A stretch of DNA of 41,481 nucleotides from Paracoccaceae bacterium (lineage in GTDB: Bacteria; Pseudomonadota; Alphaproteobacteria; Rhodobacterales; Rhodobacteraceae), in assembly GCA_046589965.1 (NCBI GenBank), contig JBKJVF010000232.1, positions 1 to 41,481 on the forward strand, in the 5' to 3' direction. Below are positions 25,828 to 33,770 of the stretch, piece after piece. The position numbers and the translations under genes are program-made. The notes under the pieces are model-generated. The model saw nothing but the letters and a program-made list of their open reading frames with translations. It searched no databases and was not told the DNA's origin. Numbering within the stretch: the first letter of the stretch is position 1; the number at the start of each line of letters is the position of its first letter.

Positions 25828-25947
25828 GCGAACCGGTCTGGATCAGCTTTTCCCTAGGCTGTTTCTGTTCCCTCTCCCGCCGGTTCCACGCTCTCTTCCC
25901 CAGAGAATGTGACTGAGGCCGCAGGTTTGTCCTGCGGCCTTTTTTTT
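25828..25947 (+). ncRNA. candidate EcfG-dependent small RNA 1 (about 120 nt, C-rich anti-SD-like loops)
   Basis: It lies between an exact EcfG motif and a strong intrinsic terminator. There is no ORF: the only ATG is followed immediately by TGA. Predicted stems are AGCGAACCGG/CCGGTTccaCGCT, CAGC-UUUUCCCUAG-GCUG and UCUCU-UCCCC-AGAGA. The core is GUUCCCUCUCCCGCCGGUUCC (25867-25887). The 5' end is estimated from -10 spacing. Confidence 0.55.
25917..25947 (+). terminator. Rho-independent terminator of candidate sRNA 1
   Basis: GGCCGCAGG-tttgt-CCTGCGGCC followed by eight T. Confidence 0.85.
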
Positions 25948-25981
25948 CGCATGCGGCAGTGGCAGATGCCGACAGTGATCG

Positions 25982-26007
25982 GGAACTGATGTCTGCCAAG
26001 CGGTGTT
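25982..26007 (+). promoter_or_regulatory. near-consensus EcfG-type motif GGAAC-N17-TGTT upstream of the DUF892 gene
   Basis: GGAAC(25982-25986)-N17-TGTT(26004-26007), 53 nt before the ATG at 26060. Confidence 0.5.
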
Positions 26008-26059
26008 GGTTTTCGTGCCTTGGAACGATCACCAACGCAAACCTTGAAAGGATCAAGTT

Positions 26060-26596
26060 ATGGCCACGACCAAAACCGCCGCAGCTGCACGTCCGGCAAG
26101 CGACACGATCGAAAGCTCGCCCCTGGGTGCGCTCTTCGAGCATGCCTTGAAGGACATCTATTACTCCGAAAAGAAGATCTACAAATCGCTTCCCAAGATG
26201 ATCAAGGCGGCATCAGACCCCGGCTTGAAAGAAGCCCTGACGATGCACCGTGAAGAAACGGCGGGGCAGATCGAGGTTCTTGAACAAGTGTTCGAAAACA
26301 TTGGCAAGCGCGCCAAGGCCGAGAAGTGTGATGCGATCGACGGCATCCTGGACGAAGGCAACGGCCTTCTGGAAGATTTCGGCAAGACGGACGCTGGGGA
26401 CGCTGCAATCGTGTTCTCGTGTCAGGCGATCGAACATTATGAGATTACGCGTTACGGCTCGATGATCGCCTTTGCCAACGCCCTTGGCTATTCCGAAGCC
26501 GCTGACATGATTTCGGGGATTTTGGCTCAGGAGCATGCCGCCGACGTAAAGCTGAGCGAAATCGCAGAAGGCTACATCAACCAAGCTGCGGCTTGA
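26060..26596 (+). CDS. DUF892 ferritin-like protein (YciE/YciF family)
   Basis: LFEHALKDIYYSEKKIYKSLPKMIKAA..LKEALTMHREETAGQIEVLEQVFE matches the YciE/YciF family. Confidence 0.9.
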   Translation: MATTKTAAAARPASDTIESSPLGALFEHALKDIYYSEKKIYKSLPKMIKAASDPGLKEALTMHREETAGQIEVLEQVFENIGKRAKAEKCDAIDGILDEGNGLLEDFGKTDAGDAAIVFSCQAIEHYEITRYGSMIAFANALGYSEAADMISGILAQEHAADVKLSEIAEGYINQAAA

Positions 26597-26605
26597 TGCG
26601 ATCAT

Positions 26606-26634
26606 CGGCCGACCTGCGGTTAGCGGGTCGGCCG
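26606..26634. terminator. 12-bp hairpin between the convergent DUF892 and AI-2E genes
   Basis: CGGCCGACCTGC-ggtta-GCGGGTCGGCCG. No U-tract. Confidence 0.4.
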
Positions 26635-26662
26635 AATTCCATTATACTGCACGACACATGCT

Positions 26663-28672
26663 CTAGCGCTGCGCCGCGGCGCTCACGGGAGTGCTCCGCA
26701 TCAGCCGTGGCTGGCCTTCGCGCCGCAAAGATTTCTTGTTCGGCTCGGTCACGGCGCGCGGCGCCTCATCGCGAAATGCCTCAGCCAACAAATCGCTGAT
26801 ATTCGTTGAACAGAAATCCGCACCAATCGCCATGATCTCGGTCATCTTGGCCTCTGACACACGGCGTTCAAATGGCATGGGCGCGTCATCGCCAATTGAT
26901 TGCCAGACCGCCAGCCCGACCCGCATCTTGGGTGCTGATCGTTTCAATCGCCGAATATGCAACAGCGAGGCACGTGACGGCGCGATATCGAGAAAATTGA
27001 GGACCACGCAGTCGGCACCCGTCGCCGCTATACGGGCAAAGCGGCTCGGCGTCAGATCTCGGTGGGAAAACACATCGACGATCGCCCCATCAGCGGCGGC
27101 GGCCTGACCCAGCATTCTGGCCGCGATATCGTCCAGACGGGTCCGGCCACCCAGCACCACCATGTGATACCCATCGCCTGGCAACTCCACCGGGGCGGCG
27201 GCGTCATCCTCGGCCTCGTCGGCTTGCTCGGGTGCTGCGCGTTCCTGTTCGACGATGGGATCCAGCTCTACCAGAAACTGCATGGCCGCATCGACAAAAC
27301 GACTTTCCTGGGCGGGCGAAAGAACGCCCCGCTCATAGTCCGATTGTGCGAGCATCACTGCCGGAATGCCAACGTCGCGATGATAGTCCGAAAGGTATTC
27401 GTCCTCCAGAATTTCCTCGGCGCGCAGGGTGCTTTCTACCGTGTCACCGACAAGGAGCCGCTGGTACAGCCGAGAATGCGCCGCCAAGACCGGGCGATCA
27501 CCGAACAAGACGTCGAACGCCTGGAACTGCGGAATGTAGCGTCCGACGACCACAAGGCACACCGTCAACGGAGTTGACATGACCAGGCCCAGCGGACCCC
27601 AGACCCATGTCCAAAAGATCGCCGCCACAATGATCGCCAATGGCGTGACACCGGTCCGCGAGCCGTAAAGCCAAGGTTCAATCACGTTGGAGCTGATCAA
27701 CTCGATGGTCAAAAACAGCGCCGCAGTCCAAAGCACTGTCGACCAGCCGGGTGAAACGGCGAATGCAAGGAACAGCGGAAATATGGCCGACAGGATCGGG
27801 CCGATATAGGGCACAAATCGCAAGACGAGGGTCAGCAGACCCCATAGCAGCGCATTCGGCACCCCGATCAGCCACAATCCGATCCCGATCGGGAAAGCAT
27901 AGATGACATTGACCAGCAGCTGGATCAGAAGATATCGCCCCACGCGTGTCCCTGCATCTTCGATGACCTGCGTCGTTCGATTTATGTCATTGGCCCCGAC
28001 TAGCCGGATGAATCGGTCGCGCAGTTCATCCCGCTCCAGCAACATGAAGATGACGACCACGACAACCAATCCTGCCATGGCAATCGGGCTGATGAGGGGC
28101 AAGGCCAATTCCTGCAGCGTCTCGAACGGGCCGCGACGCTCCACCACTTCAACGGCAATTGCCTGTTCCGGCGCGTCCGCCCCACTTCCCGGGGGAAGTG
28201 CCGTGGTCATTTCCGCGTTGATCGTGCTGACCATCCGGGACAGGCGCGAAACAAGTCCATTCTCCGACCCGGTTTCCTGCAAGGCATTCAGTTTGGTGAC
28301 AATGTTTCCCTGAAATGTCGGCAGTTGCTGCGCCAGTTGCCCGATCTGGCTGGTGACGACCAGAACGAAGATCCCGATGACGGCAAAAGCAAAGGTGACG
28401 ACAGACAGGACGGCGGCAATCATCGGCAGACCGAACTTGCGCAGATAACTGACCAATGGCGAAAGCGCGAAGGTGATCAGCATGGCGATAGCAAGCGGCA
28501 GGAACACGTCCCTGCCAAGGTGCAAAGACGCCACGATTGCAATGAGCGTGATGATCGCGACGCCGGTAGAACTTCCTGCAGCTGGCGGATTGGACTGGTC
28601 ACCGGGATCCCCCCCACCCCACACGCGCGCGTTGTCAGAGGTTACCTCGGCCACCGTCGTCTGATTTGCCAT
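26663..28672 (-). CDS. AI-2E (PerM/UPF0118) family transporter with a long C-terminal cytoplasmic extension
   Basis: Start chosen at MANQTTV (AAGGGGA SD). The TM core has LPLAIAMLITFALSPLV and ..VPYIGPILSAIF... After the last TM there are about 270 further residues, including VVLGGRTRLDDIAARML...ADCVVLNFLD, which looks like a Rossmann or B12-binding-like fold. Confidence 0.8.
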   Translation of the reverse strand: MANQTTVAEVTSDNARVWGGGDPGDQSNPPAAGSSTGVAIITLIAIVASLHLGRDVFLPLAIAMLITFALSPLVSYLRKFGLPMIAAVLSVVTFAFAVIGIFVLVVTSQIGQLAQQLPTFQGNIVTKLNALQETGSENGLVSRLSRMVSTINAEMTTALPPGSGADAPEQAIAVEVVERRGPFETLQELALPLISPIAMAGLVVVVVIFMLLERDELRDRFIRLVGANDINRTTQVIEDAGTRVGRYLLIQLLVNVIYAFPIGIGLWLIGVPNALLWGLLTLVLRFVPYIGPILSAIFPLFLAFAVSPGWSTVLWTAALFLTIELISSNVIEPWLYGSRTGVTPLAIIVAAIFWTWVWGPLGLVMSTPLTVCLVVVGRYIPQFQAFDVLFGDRPVLAAHSRLYQRLLVGDTVESTLRAEEILEDEYLSDYHRDVGIPAVMLAQSDYERGVLSPAQESRFVDAAMQFLVELDPIVEQERAAPEQADEAEDDAAAPVELPGDGYHMVVLGGRTRLDDIAARMLGQAAAADGAIVDVFSHRDLTPSRFARIAATGADCVVLNFLDIAPSRASLLHIRRLKRSAPKMRVGLAVWQSIGDDAPMPFERRVSEAKMTEIMAIGADFCSTNISDLLAEAFRDEAPRAVTEPNKKSLRREGQPRLMRSTPVSAAAQR

Positions 28673-28705
28673 CAAGTCGTCCCCTTTTGCGCGCTGGTAA
28701 GCCAG

Positions 28706-28730
28706 AACGCCGCAAACTGGTTTCGGTTCC
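28706..28730 (-). promoter_or_regulatory. EcfG-type promoter motif GGAAC-N16-CGTT upstream of the AI-2E transporter gene
   Basis: The plus strand reads aacg(28706-28709)-N16-gttcc(28726-28730). Confidence 0.75.
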
Positions 28731-28763
28731 GCGCGCATCCATTGATCGCTGGCCCGAATTCCC

Positions 28764-28788
28764 GGAACTTGCCCGCTCCACGCGCGTT
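28764..28788 (+). promoter_or_regulatory. EcfG-type promoter motif GGAAC-N16-CGTT upstream of the small PRC-barrel gene
   Basis: GGAAC(28764-28768)-N16-CGTT(28785-28788), 48 nt before the ATG at 28836. Confidence 0.75.
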
Positions 28789-28835
28789 TCTTTGGCGAGC
28801 AAGCAAGCTCTTTTCTGCACAAAGGAACCATCGCT

Positions 28836-29132
28836 ATGGATCACACCCTTCACCAACCGCTGGACGCCAGCGACATGACCGAAGCCAATCTCGTCGATGC
28901 CGTCATCTACGGCGCTGACGATTACGAAATCGGAACCGTGGCCCACGTTCATGGCAGCGGTCCTGCCAGCCAGGTCATCGTCGATGTGGGCGGATTTCTG
29001 GGAATTGGCAGCAAGATGGTGGCACTGAACGCAAGCCAGTTGCAGTTCATGCGCGACGAAGACGGTGTTGTGCACGCGGTCACCGCCTGGACGAAGGATC
29101 AGGTGGAGCAACTTCCCGAACACCACCACTGA
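28836..29132 (+). CDS. PRC-barrel domain protein (single domain, 98 aa)
   Basis: ANLVDAVIYGADDYEIGTVAHV...VIVDVGGFLGIGSKMVAL is the same motif as in the 16239 gene. AAAGGAA SD. Confidence 0.85.
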   Translation: MDHTLHQPLDASDMTEANLVDAVIYGADDYEIGTVAHVHGSGPASQVIVDVGGFLGIGSKMVALNASQLQFMRDEDGVVHAVTAWTKDQVEQLPEHHH

Positions 29133-29136
29133 CGCC

Positions 29137-29174
29137 AAAAAAACGTCGCTCGCGCAGGGACACTGCGCGAGCGA
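29137..29174 (-). terminator. 12-bp hairpin with a U-tract on the minus strand (downstream of galU); also follows the PRC-barrel gene
   Basis: TCGCTCGCGCAG-ggaca-CTGCGCGAGCGA, flanked by AAAAAAA on the plus strand (T7 on the minus strand). Confidence 0.6.
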
Positions 29175-29278
29175 TCATTTGAGCCTATTTGCGAAGATTT
29201 ATGCCAGCGTTGGCGATAATGTGGCCGCATTCTTGCGGCTTTCTCTGCAATCGGTCACCGCCAAATTCGTCACCTAAG

Positions 29279-30199
29279 TCAACGCAGGCTGACGGCAACG
29301 TTGGCGGGGCTACTGGGGCGCTCAGGGCTTTGGCGCAATGCTGCATCCGGCCAAACGGCAGTGCGACGCGGCGCCCCCTTTTTCTGCGCACTGACAATGG
29401 CCTGCCGTGCAAGCGATGCGGCCAATAGACCTTCGTGATTTCCGCAATCATACCGCTCACCCGAAAATCGGAATGCTGTCAGCGGCAGTGCATTCGCAGC
29501 GATCGCGATTGCGTCCGTCAGTTGGATCTCGCCTCCCGCGCCGGGGGGGGTATGTGCCAGAACGTCAAAGATCATGGGGTCAAGGATGTACCGTCCAACG
29601 GCGGCAAGCGTCGAAGGCGCTGATCCCGCGGCAGGTTTCTCGACCATTGCCGTCACGGGAACGCACCGCCCCGAAGGCCCCGACTTGATCTGAAAAATAC
29701 CGTACTGACAGGTTTCGTCCGTGGTGACCTGCATCGCCGCAACCATCTGACCCGCACGATAGTCAGCCGCCATCTCGCTCAGACAATCTGCGCCAAAGAT
29801 CACGTCGTCGGGCAGGATCACGCCAAACGGCCCGTCCAGCGTCTTTCCCTTGCAGCACAGGATCGCATCGCCAAGTCCATTGGCGCTTTCCTGAATGATA
29901 AAATCCACCACGACCGCGCCGCCCTGTTTGCCAGCCACCGCCACCGGGGCAGTGTTCTGCAGACTGTGGATGGCGTAGCTGTCATCGGCTGCGAGAAAAT
30001 CTCGGATCGCCGTCTTCGTAGGACTGACCACGACCAGAATACGTTCTGCCCCTGCCGCGACGGCCTCCCGCATGGCAAAATTGATCGCCACTTCGTCAAA
30101 GACGGGCAGCAACTCCTTTGCCGTCACACGGGTCAGCGGAAGCAAGCGCGTGCCCTTGCCAGCAGCAGGGATAATCACGGTCCTAAGGGCGTTGGTCAT
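29279..30199 (-). CDS. galU: UTP--glucose-1-phosphate uridylyltransferase
   Basis: Start chosen at MTNALRTVIIPAAGKGTRLLPLTRVTAKELLPV, the GalU signature, with AAAGGA SD. The ORF-track N-terminal extension is rejected. Confidence 0.9.
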   Translation of the reverse strand: MTNALRTVIIPAAGKGTRLLPLTRVTAKELLPVFDEVAINFAMREAVAAGAERILVVVSPTKTAIRDFLAADDSYAIHSLQNTAPVAVAGKQGGAVVVDFIIQESANGLGDAILCCKGKTLDGPFGVILPDDVIFGADCLSEMAADYRAGQMVAAMQVTTDETCQYGIFQIKSGPSGRCVPVTAMVEKPAAGSAPSTLAAVGRYILDPMIFDVLAHTPPGAGGEIQLTDAIAIAANALPLTAFRFSGERYDCGNHEGLLAASLARQAIVSAQKKGAPRRTAVWPDAALRQSPERPSSPANVAVSLR

Positions 30200-30238
30200 C
30201 GGGATATCCTTTGGTTTGCCGGAAAGGTTCACCTCGAC

Positions 30239-30264
30239 AACAGGTGAACTCCTGAACTGGTTCC
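30239..30264 (-). promoter_or_regulatory. near-consensus EcfG-type motif GGAAC-N17-TGTT upstream of galU
   Basis: The plus strand reads aaca(30239-30242)-N17-gttcc(30260-30264). An 8-bp inverted repeat GTTCACCT(30227-30234)/AGGTGAAC(30242-30249) overlaps the -10/start region. Confidence 0.45.
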
Positions 30265-30536
30265 CTGCCCATGCACGCAAATCCAAACAGTTTTTCGCCC
30301 GACCCGGATGACATCCGGGCGCTGGATGCCCCGCCAGTTCAGCGGCAATCAAAACAGGCGATGCGCGACGGAAAGCCACCACTCCGATGATTGCAGCCGT
30401 CCATACGCCGGGTGAGCGAGGATGGAGATTGGCCCGCGCAGACCGTCAGGCCCGAGGTCTGTGATGCGCCCGCCGACGGAACGCAAACCGACCTTCGCGA
30501 ATTGGTCACCGAACAATGTATCAAGGAATGACGACC

Positions 30537-30788
30537 ATGGGGATTATCTGGACACTCATCATCGGCTTTGTCGCCGGTGTGATCGCAAAATTCGTGACAC
30601 CGGGGGACGACGAACCATCAGGCTTCGTGCTGACCACCATTCTTGGCATCATTGGCGCCATTATCGCCTCGTACCTTGGTCAAAGCCTTGGGTGGTATGA
30701 CGCGGGCGAAGGCGCTGGCGTGATCGGCGCCGCCATCGGTGCGATCATTGTCCTTTTCGTCTGGGGCTTCGTGCGTCGCCGCGCGTGA
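30537..30788 (+). CDS. GlsB/YeaQ/YmgE family stress-response membrane protein
   Basis: MGIIWTLIIGFVAGVIAKFVTPG...ILGIIGAIIASYLG matches the family. AAGGAA SD. Confidence 0.9.
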   Translation: MGIIWTLIIGFVAGVIAKFVTPGDDEPSGFVLTTILGIIGAIIASYLGQSLGWYDAGEGAGVIGAAIGAIIVLFVWGFVRRRA

Positions 30789-30819
30789 CCCCGACCCGAC
30801 AGGCGAAAGGACGTCAATC

Positions 30820-31332
30820 ATGTCAATGGCTTCACCTTCATTGCTGGCGCTGCTTGGGCTCGTTGCATTTGCCGGTTTCCAAAACAGAAGTCGGATCAGC
30901 GACATGCTGGCCGACGCGCGGGAAAGCACGCGTGCCGATGCCCCAGCAGTCCCACTCGGCCCAAGTCTCGAAAGCCGTGAGGACCCGGGCGCCGCAGGCG
31001 GGTTCCTGCCGGACATCGTGCGCGTGTTCCAGGGCGGTTCGACGGGCGGTGCCTTGTCCGGCGGACTGGGCGATCTTGTGGCGCGCTTCAAATCGTCGGG
31101 CTGGGGCAGAAGCGTGAACAGTTGGGTCGAAACGGGGCCGAACCTCCCGATGGAGGCCAGCGATCTTCGAAGCGTGATTGGCGATGAGACGTTAGAAGAG
31201 TTAAGCGTCAGGACCGGCATGTCACCGGAACAACTGCTGTTGCGCTTGAACTTCGCATTGCCACAGGTTGTGGACCAGTTGACGCCCGCGGGCCGTATCC
31301 CGACGCAGGTCGAGGCGTTGTCCATGATCTAG
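30820..31332 (+). CDS. YidB/DUF937 family protein
   Basis: The C-terminal LEELSVRTGMSPEQLLLRLNFALPQVVDQLTPAGRIP resembles DUF937. GAAAGGA SD. Confidence 0.75.
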   Translation: MSMASPSLLALLGLVAFAGFQNRSRISDMLADARESTRADAPAVPLGPSLESREDPGAAGGFLPDIVRVFQGGSTGGALSGGLGDLVARFKSSGWGRSVNSWVETGPNLPMEASDLRSVIGDETLEELSVRTGMSPEQLLLRLNFALPQVVDQLTPAGRIPTQVEALSMI

Positions 31333-31462
31333 CTTGGCGCTGCGACCGGGCGGCGTCGATCCGCCATGAGCCTTCTCAAAATGCGGAAGCGGTCCCCATC
31401 TTTGAAATATTCCGGCGCGACGTTCTGCGCCATATGTCCCCTCGATAGCTAGGAAATACAAC

Positions 31463-32617
31463 ATGACCAATCACTTCGCTCTTGGCATGAGCAAGGCGAC
31501 TGCCTTGACCAGGGCTGGCAAACTCGTCGAGGCAACCGTCCTAATTCAGTCCTTGATGACCGACACTCCACCTGCGGAGGACGATACGGTGATCGAGGGA
31601 ACTTTCACGCGACTGAAAGATGGCGAACCACAGGATGTCGCCGAGCCCGTAAAAGCACCCCGCGCGGCCAAGTCGCCGCCAAAGCGATCAACTTTGAAGG
31701 AAACGCTGCGCAAGATTGGCGCGGGCGGCATGCCGGACCATGGGCTGACAGCACATCGCCAACCACACGTCCCCGCCAATGCGAGCTTTGAGTCACATAC
31801 CCACTCCGCCAAAGCGGGTCGACGGGATTACAAGCTCTATATTCCGGCATCACGACCGGCATCGAAGATGCCCCTTATCGTCATGTTGCATGGCTGCACG
31901 CAGTCACCTGACGATTTTGCGGTCGGAACCGGCATGAACGCGCTGGCAGAAGAGCACGGGTTTGTCGTGGCATATCCGGGCCAACCGACTGGTGCCAATG
32001 CCAACAAATGCTGGAACTGGTTCAAGCCGGATGATCAGGCGCGCGCGCAGGGCGAGCCCGCATTGATCGCAGGCATCGTGCAGGACATCCTGGCCGATCA
32101 TCCGGTCGATCCGGCACGGGTGTTTGTGGCCGGTCTGTCTGCTGGCGGTGCAGCGGCGGCAATCGTCGCGTCCGCATATCCCGACGTCTTCAGCGCGGCT
32201 GGCATTCATTCGGGTCTGCCGGTGGGCGCAGCGACCGACATCCCCCAGGCGTTTGCCGCAATGCGCAATGGCGCGGTCGGTGCGTCGATTGCGCATCCGG
32301 TCCCGACCATCGTCATCCACGGGCTTGCCGATACCACGGTCAACCCAAGCAACGGCAAAGCGGCCCTTGCCCAGGCGCTTGATGCCTTCGGCCCGCTGAA
32401 ATCCAGCACACGCAAGGGTCAGTCCTCGGGGGGCAGATCGTACCGCCAGACCACCTATTCGCGTCCGGATGGGACAGCAGTGGGGGAACATTGGGAAATC
32501 GCTGCGGCTGGTCATGCTTGGGCAGGTGGATCATCCGAAGGCAGCTTTACGGACCCCACCGGCCCGTCAGCCTCCGCAGAAATGGTGCGCTTTTTCATGC
32601 AGCAAAAGCAGTCTTAA
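31463..32617 (+). CDS. PHB depolymerase family esterase (LpqC-like)
   Basis: YKLYIPAS...PLIVMLHGCTQSPDDFAVGTGMNALAEEHGFVVAYPGQ...NKCWNWF and GLSAGGAAA (nucleophile elbow). Confidence 0.85.
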   Translation: MTNHFALGMSKATALTRAGKLVEATVLIQSLMTDTPPAEDDTVIEGTFTRLKDGEPQDVAEPVKAPRAAKSPPKRSTLKETLRKIGAGGMPDHGLTAHRQPHVPANASFESHTHSAKAGRRDYKLYIPASRPASKMPLIVMLHGCTQSPDDFAVGTGMNALAEEHGFVVAYPGQPTGANANKCWNWFKPDDQARAQGEPALIAGIVQDILADHPVDPARVFVAGLSAGGAAAAIVASAYPDVFSAAGIHSGLPVGAATDIPQAFAAMRNGAVGASIAHPVPTIVIHGLADTTVNPSNGKAALAQALDAFGPLKSSTRKGQSSGGRSYRQTTYSRPDGTAVGEHWEIAAAGHAWAGGSSEGSFTDPTGPSASAEMVRFFMQQKQS

Positions 32618-32707
32618 GGATAACGCAGGCCGGGGTCTGACTGATCGCGCGGCGGGGCCGGGACCTCACGGTCTTGCCGCGCGAATGCTGCCGTGTCGCA
32701 CCAGGAT

Positions 32708-32733
32708 GGAACCGCGTCGGCGTGACTGGCGTT
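32708..32733 (+). promoter_or_regulatory. EcfG-type promoter motif GGAAC-N17-CGTT upstream of the osmoprotectant ABC operon
   Basis: GGAAC(32708-32712)-N17-CGTT(32730-32733), 55 nt before the ATG at 32788. Confidence 0.75.
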
Positions 32734-32787
32734 TGGTTTGAGCGCCAACGCGTCTGTCCACATGCCAACAAACAAGGAATACATTTC

Positions 32788-33708
32788 ATGTTCAGCCAGT
32801 ATTATCGTCGCACGGTCCTTGGCATGGTGGCCGCCGTCTCGCTGAGTGCCAGCGCGCTTGCACAAGACGCGGTGCGCGTGTCGTCCAAACTCGACGCCGA
32901 GGGGGGACTGCTTGGCAGCATGATCATCCAGGTGCTGGAAGCCAACGGAATCACGACCGAAAACAAATTGCAGCTGGGCGCGACCAAAATCGTGCGCGAG
33001 GCGTTGGTCGCGGGTGAAATCGACATCTACCCGGAATACACCGGCAATGCGGGGTTCTTTTTCAGCAATGATACCGACCCTGCCTGGAAGGACGCAGGAC
33101 AGGCAGCCGCGATGGCCGCCGAACTTGACCTTGCCAACAACATTGTCTGGTTGAAACCGGCACCCGCCAACAACACCTGGGCAATCGCTTTGCGCAAGGA
33201 TCTGGCCGACAGCAATCAATTGGCATCCATGGAAGACCTGAGCGCCTACATCCTTGAAGGTGGCGATTTCAAACTTGCCGCCTCGGCCGAGTTTGTGGAA
33301 AGCCCAGCCGCCCTGCCGGCCTTTCAGTCGGCTTACGGGTTTATGCTGGCGGCTGACCAGATGCTTGTCCTGGCAGGTGGCGACACGTCCGCGACCATCC
33401 GTGCGGCGGCCGAAGGTACGTCGGGCGTCAACGCCGCGATGGTTTACGGCACCGACGGTGCCATCGCCGCGCTGAATTTGGTCGTCATGACCGACAGCAA
33501 GGGTGCGCAGGCGGTCTATGAACCGGCACCGACCATCCGTGCAGAGGTGCTGGAGGCCTACCCGCAGATCAGGGACCTGCTTGACCCCGTCTTTGCCACA
33601 CTCGATGCCGCCACCTTGCAGGGGCTGAACGCCAAAATTCAGGTCGAGGGTCAGGATTACAGCGCGGTCGCAACTGAATATCTGACCGCCGAAGAGTTCC
33701 TGAAGTAG
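32788..33708 (+). CDS. osmoprotectant (glycine betaine-type) ABC substrate-binding protein, OsmF/YehZ-like
   Basis: Signal peptide followed by VRVSSKLDAEGGLLGSMIIQVLEANG...GEIDIYPEYTGN. 306 aa, comparable to YehZ. AAGGAA SD. Confidence 0.85.
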   Translation: MFSQYYRRTVLGMVAAVSLSASALAQDAVRVSSKLDAEGGLLGSMIIQVLEANGITTENKLQLGATKIVREALVAGEIDIYPEYTGNAGFFFSNDTDPAWKDAGQAAAMAAELDLANNIVWLKPAPANNTWAIALRKDLADSNQLASMEDLSAYILEGGDFKLAASAEFVESPAALPAFQSAYGFMLAADQMLVLAGGDTSATIRAAAEGTSGVNAAMVYGTDGAIAALNLVVMTDSKGAQAVYEPAPTIRAEVLEAYPQIRDLLDPVFATLDAATLQGLNAKIQVEGQDYSAVATEYLTAEEFLK

Positions 33709-33770
33709 GTCGCGGGACCATCCGACTTCCCGATCAGGGGGGTCCCTGCCCTTTCCTGAAAGTCCGCGCA

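Noticed and set aside
26021-26046. A second GGAAC directly upstream of the DUF892 start.
   Set aside because: There is no GTT at the correct spacing, and it would leave a leader of under 15 nt that overlaps the SD. The motif at 25982 fits better.
25667-26143. ORFs 25667-25912 (+) and 25820-26143 (-) in the 362-nt intergenic region.
   Set aside because: They have no SD, span two promoters and a strong terminator, and give Pro/Arg-rich products. The region is better explained as a non-coding RNA unit.
29185-29460. Small ORFs and a GCCGCA-ttct-TGCGGC hairpin in the 146-nt gap after the small PRC-barrel gene, considered as a possible sRNA or peptide.
   Set aside because: There is no promoter motif. 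The ORFs overlap the galU 3' end out of frame. The hairpins are adequately explained as terminators of the convergent genes.
30478-30503. A GGAAC 55 nt upstream of the GlsB/YeaQ gene, considered as another EcfG promoter.
   Set aside because: There is no GTT at 16-17 nt spacing (the -10 positions read GAAT/AATT), so it does not fit even the relaxed consensus.
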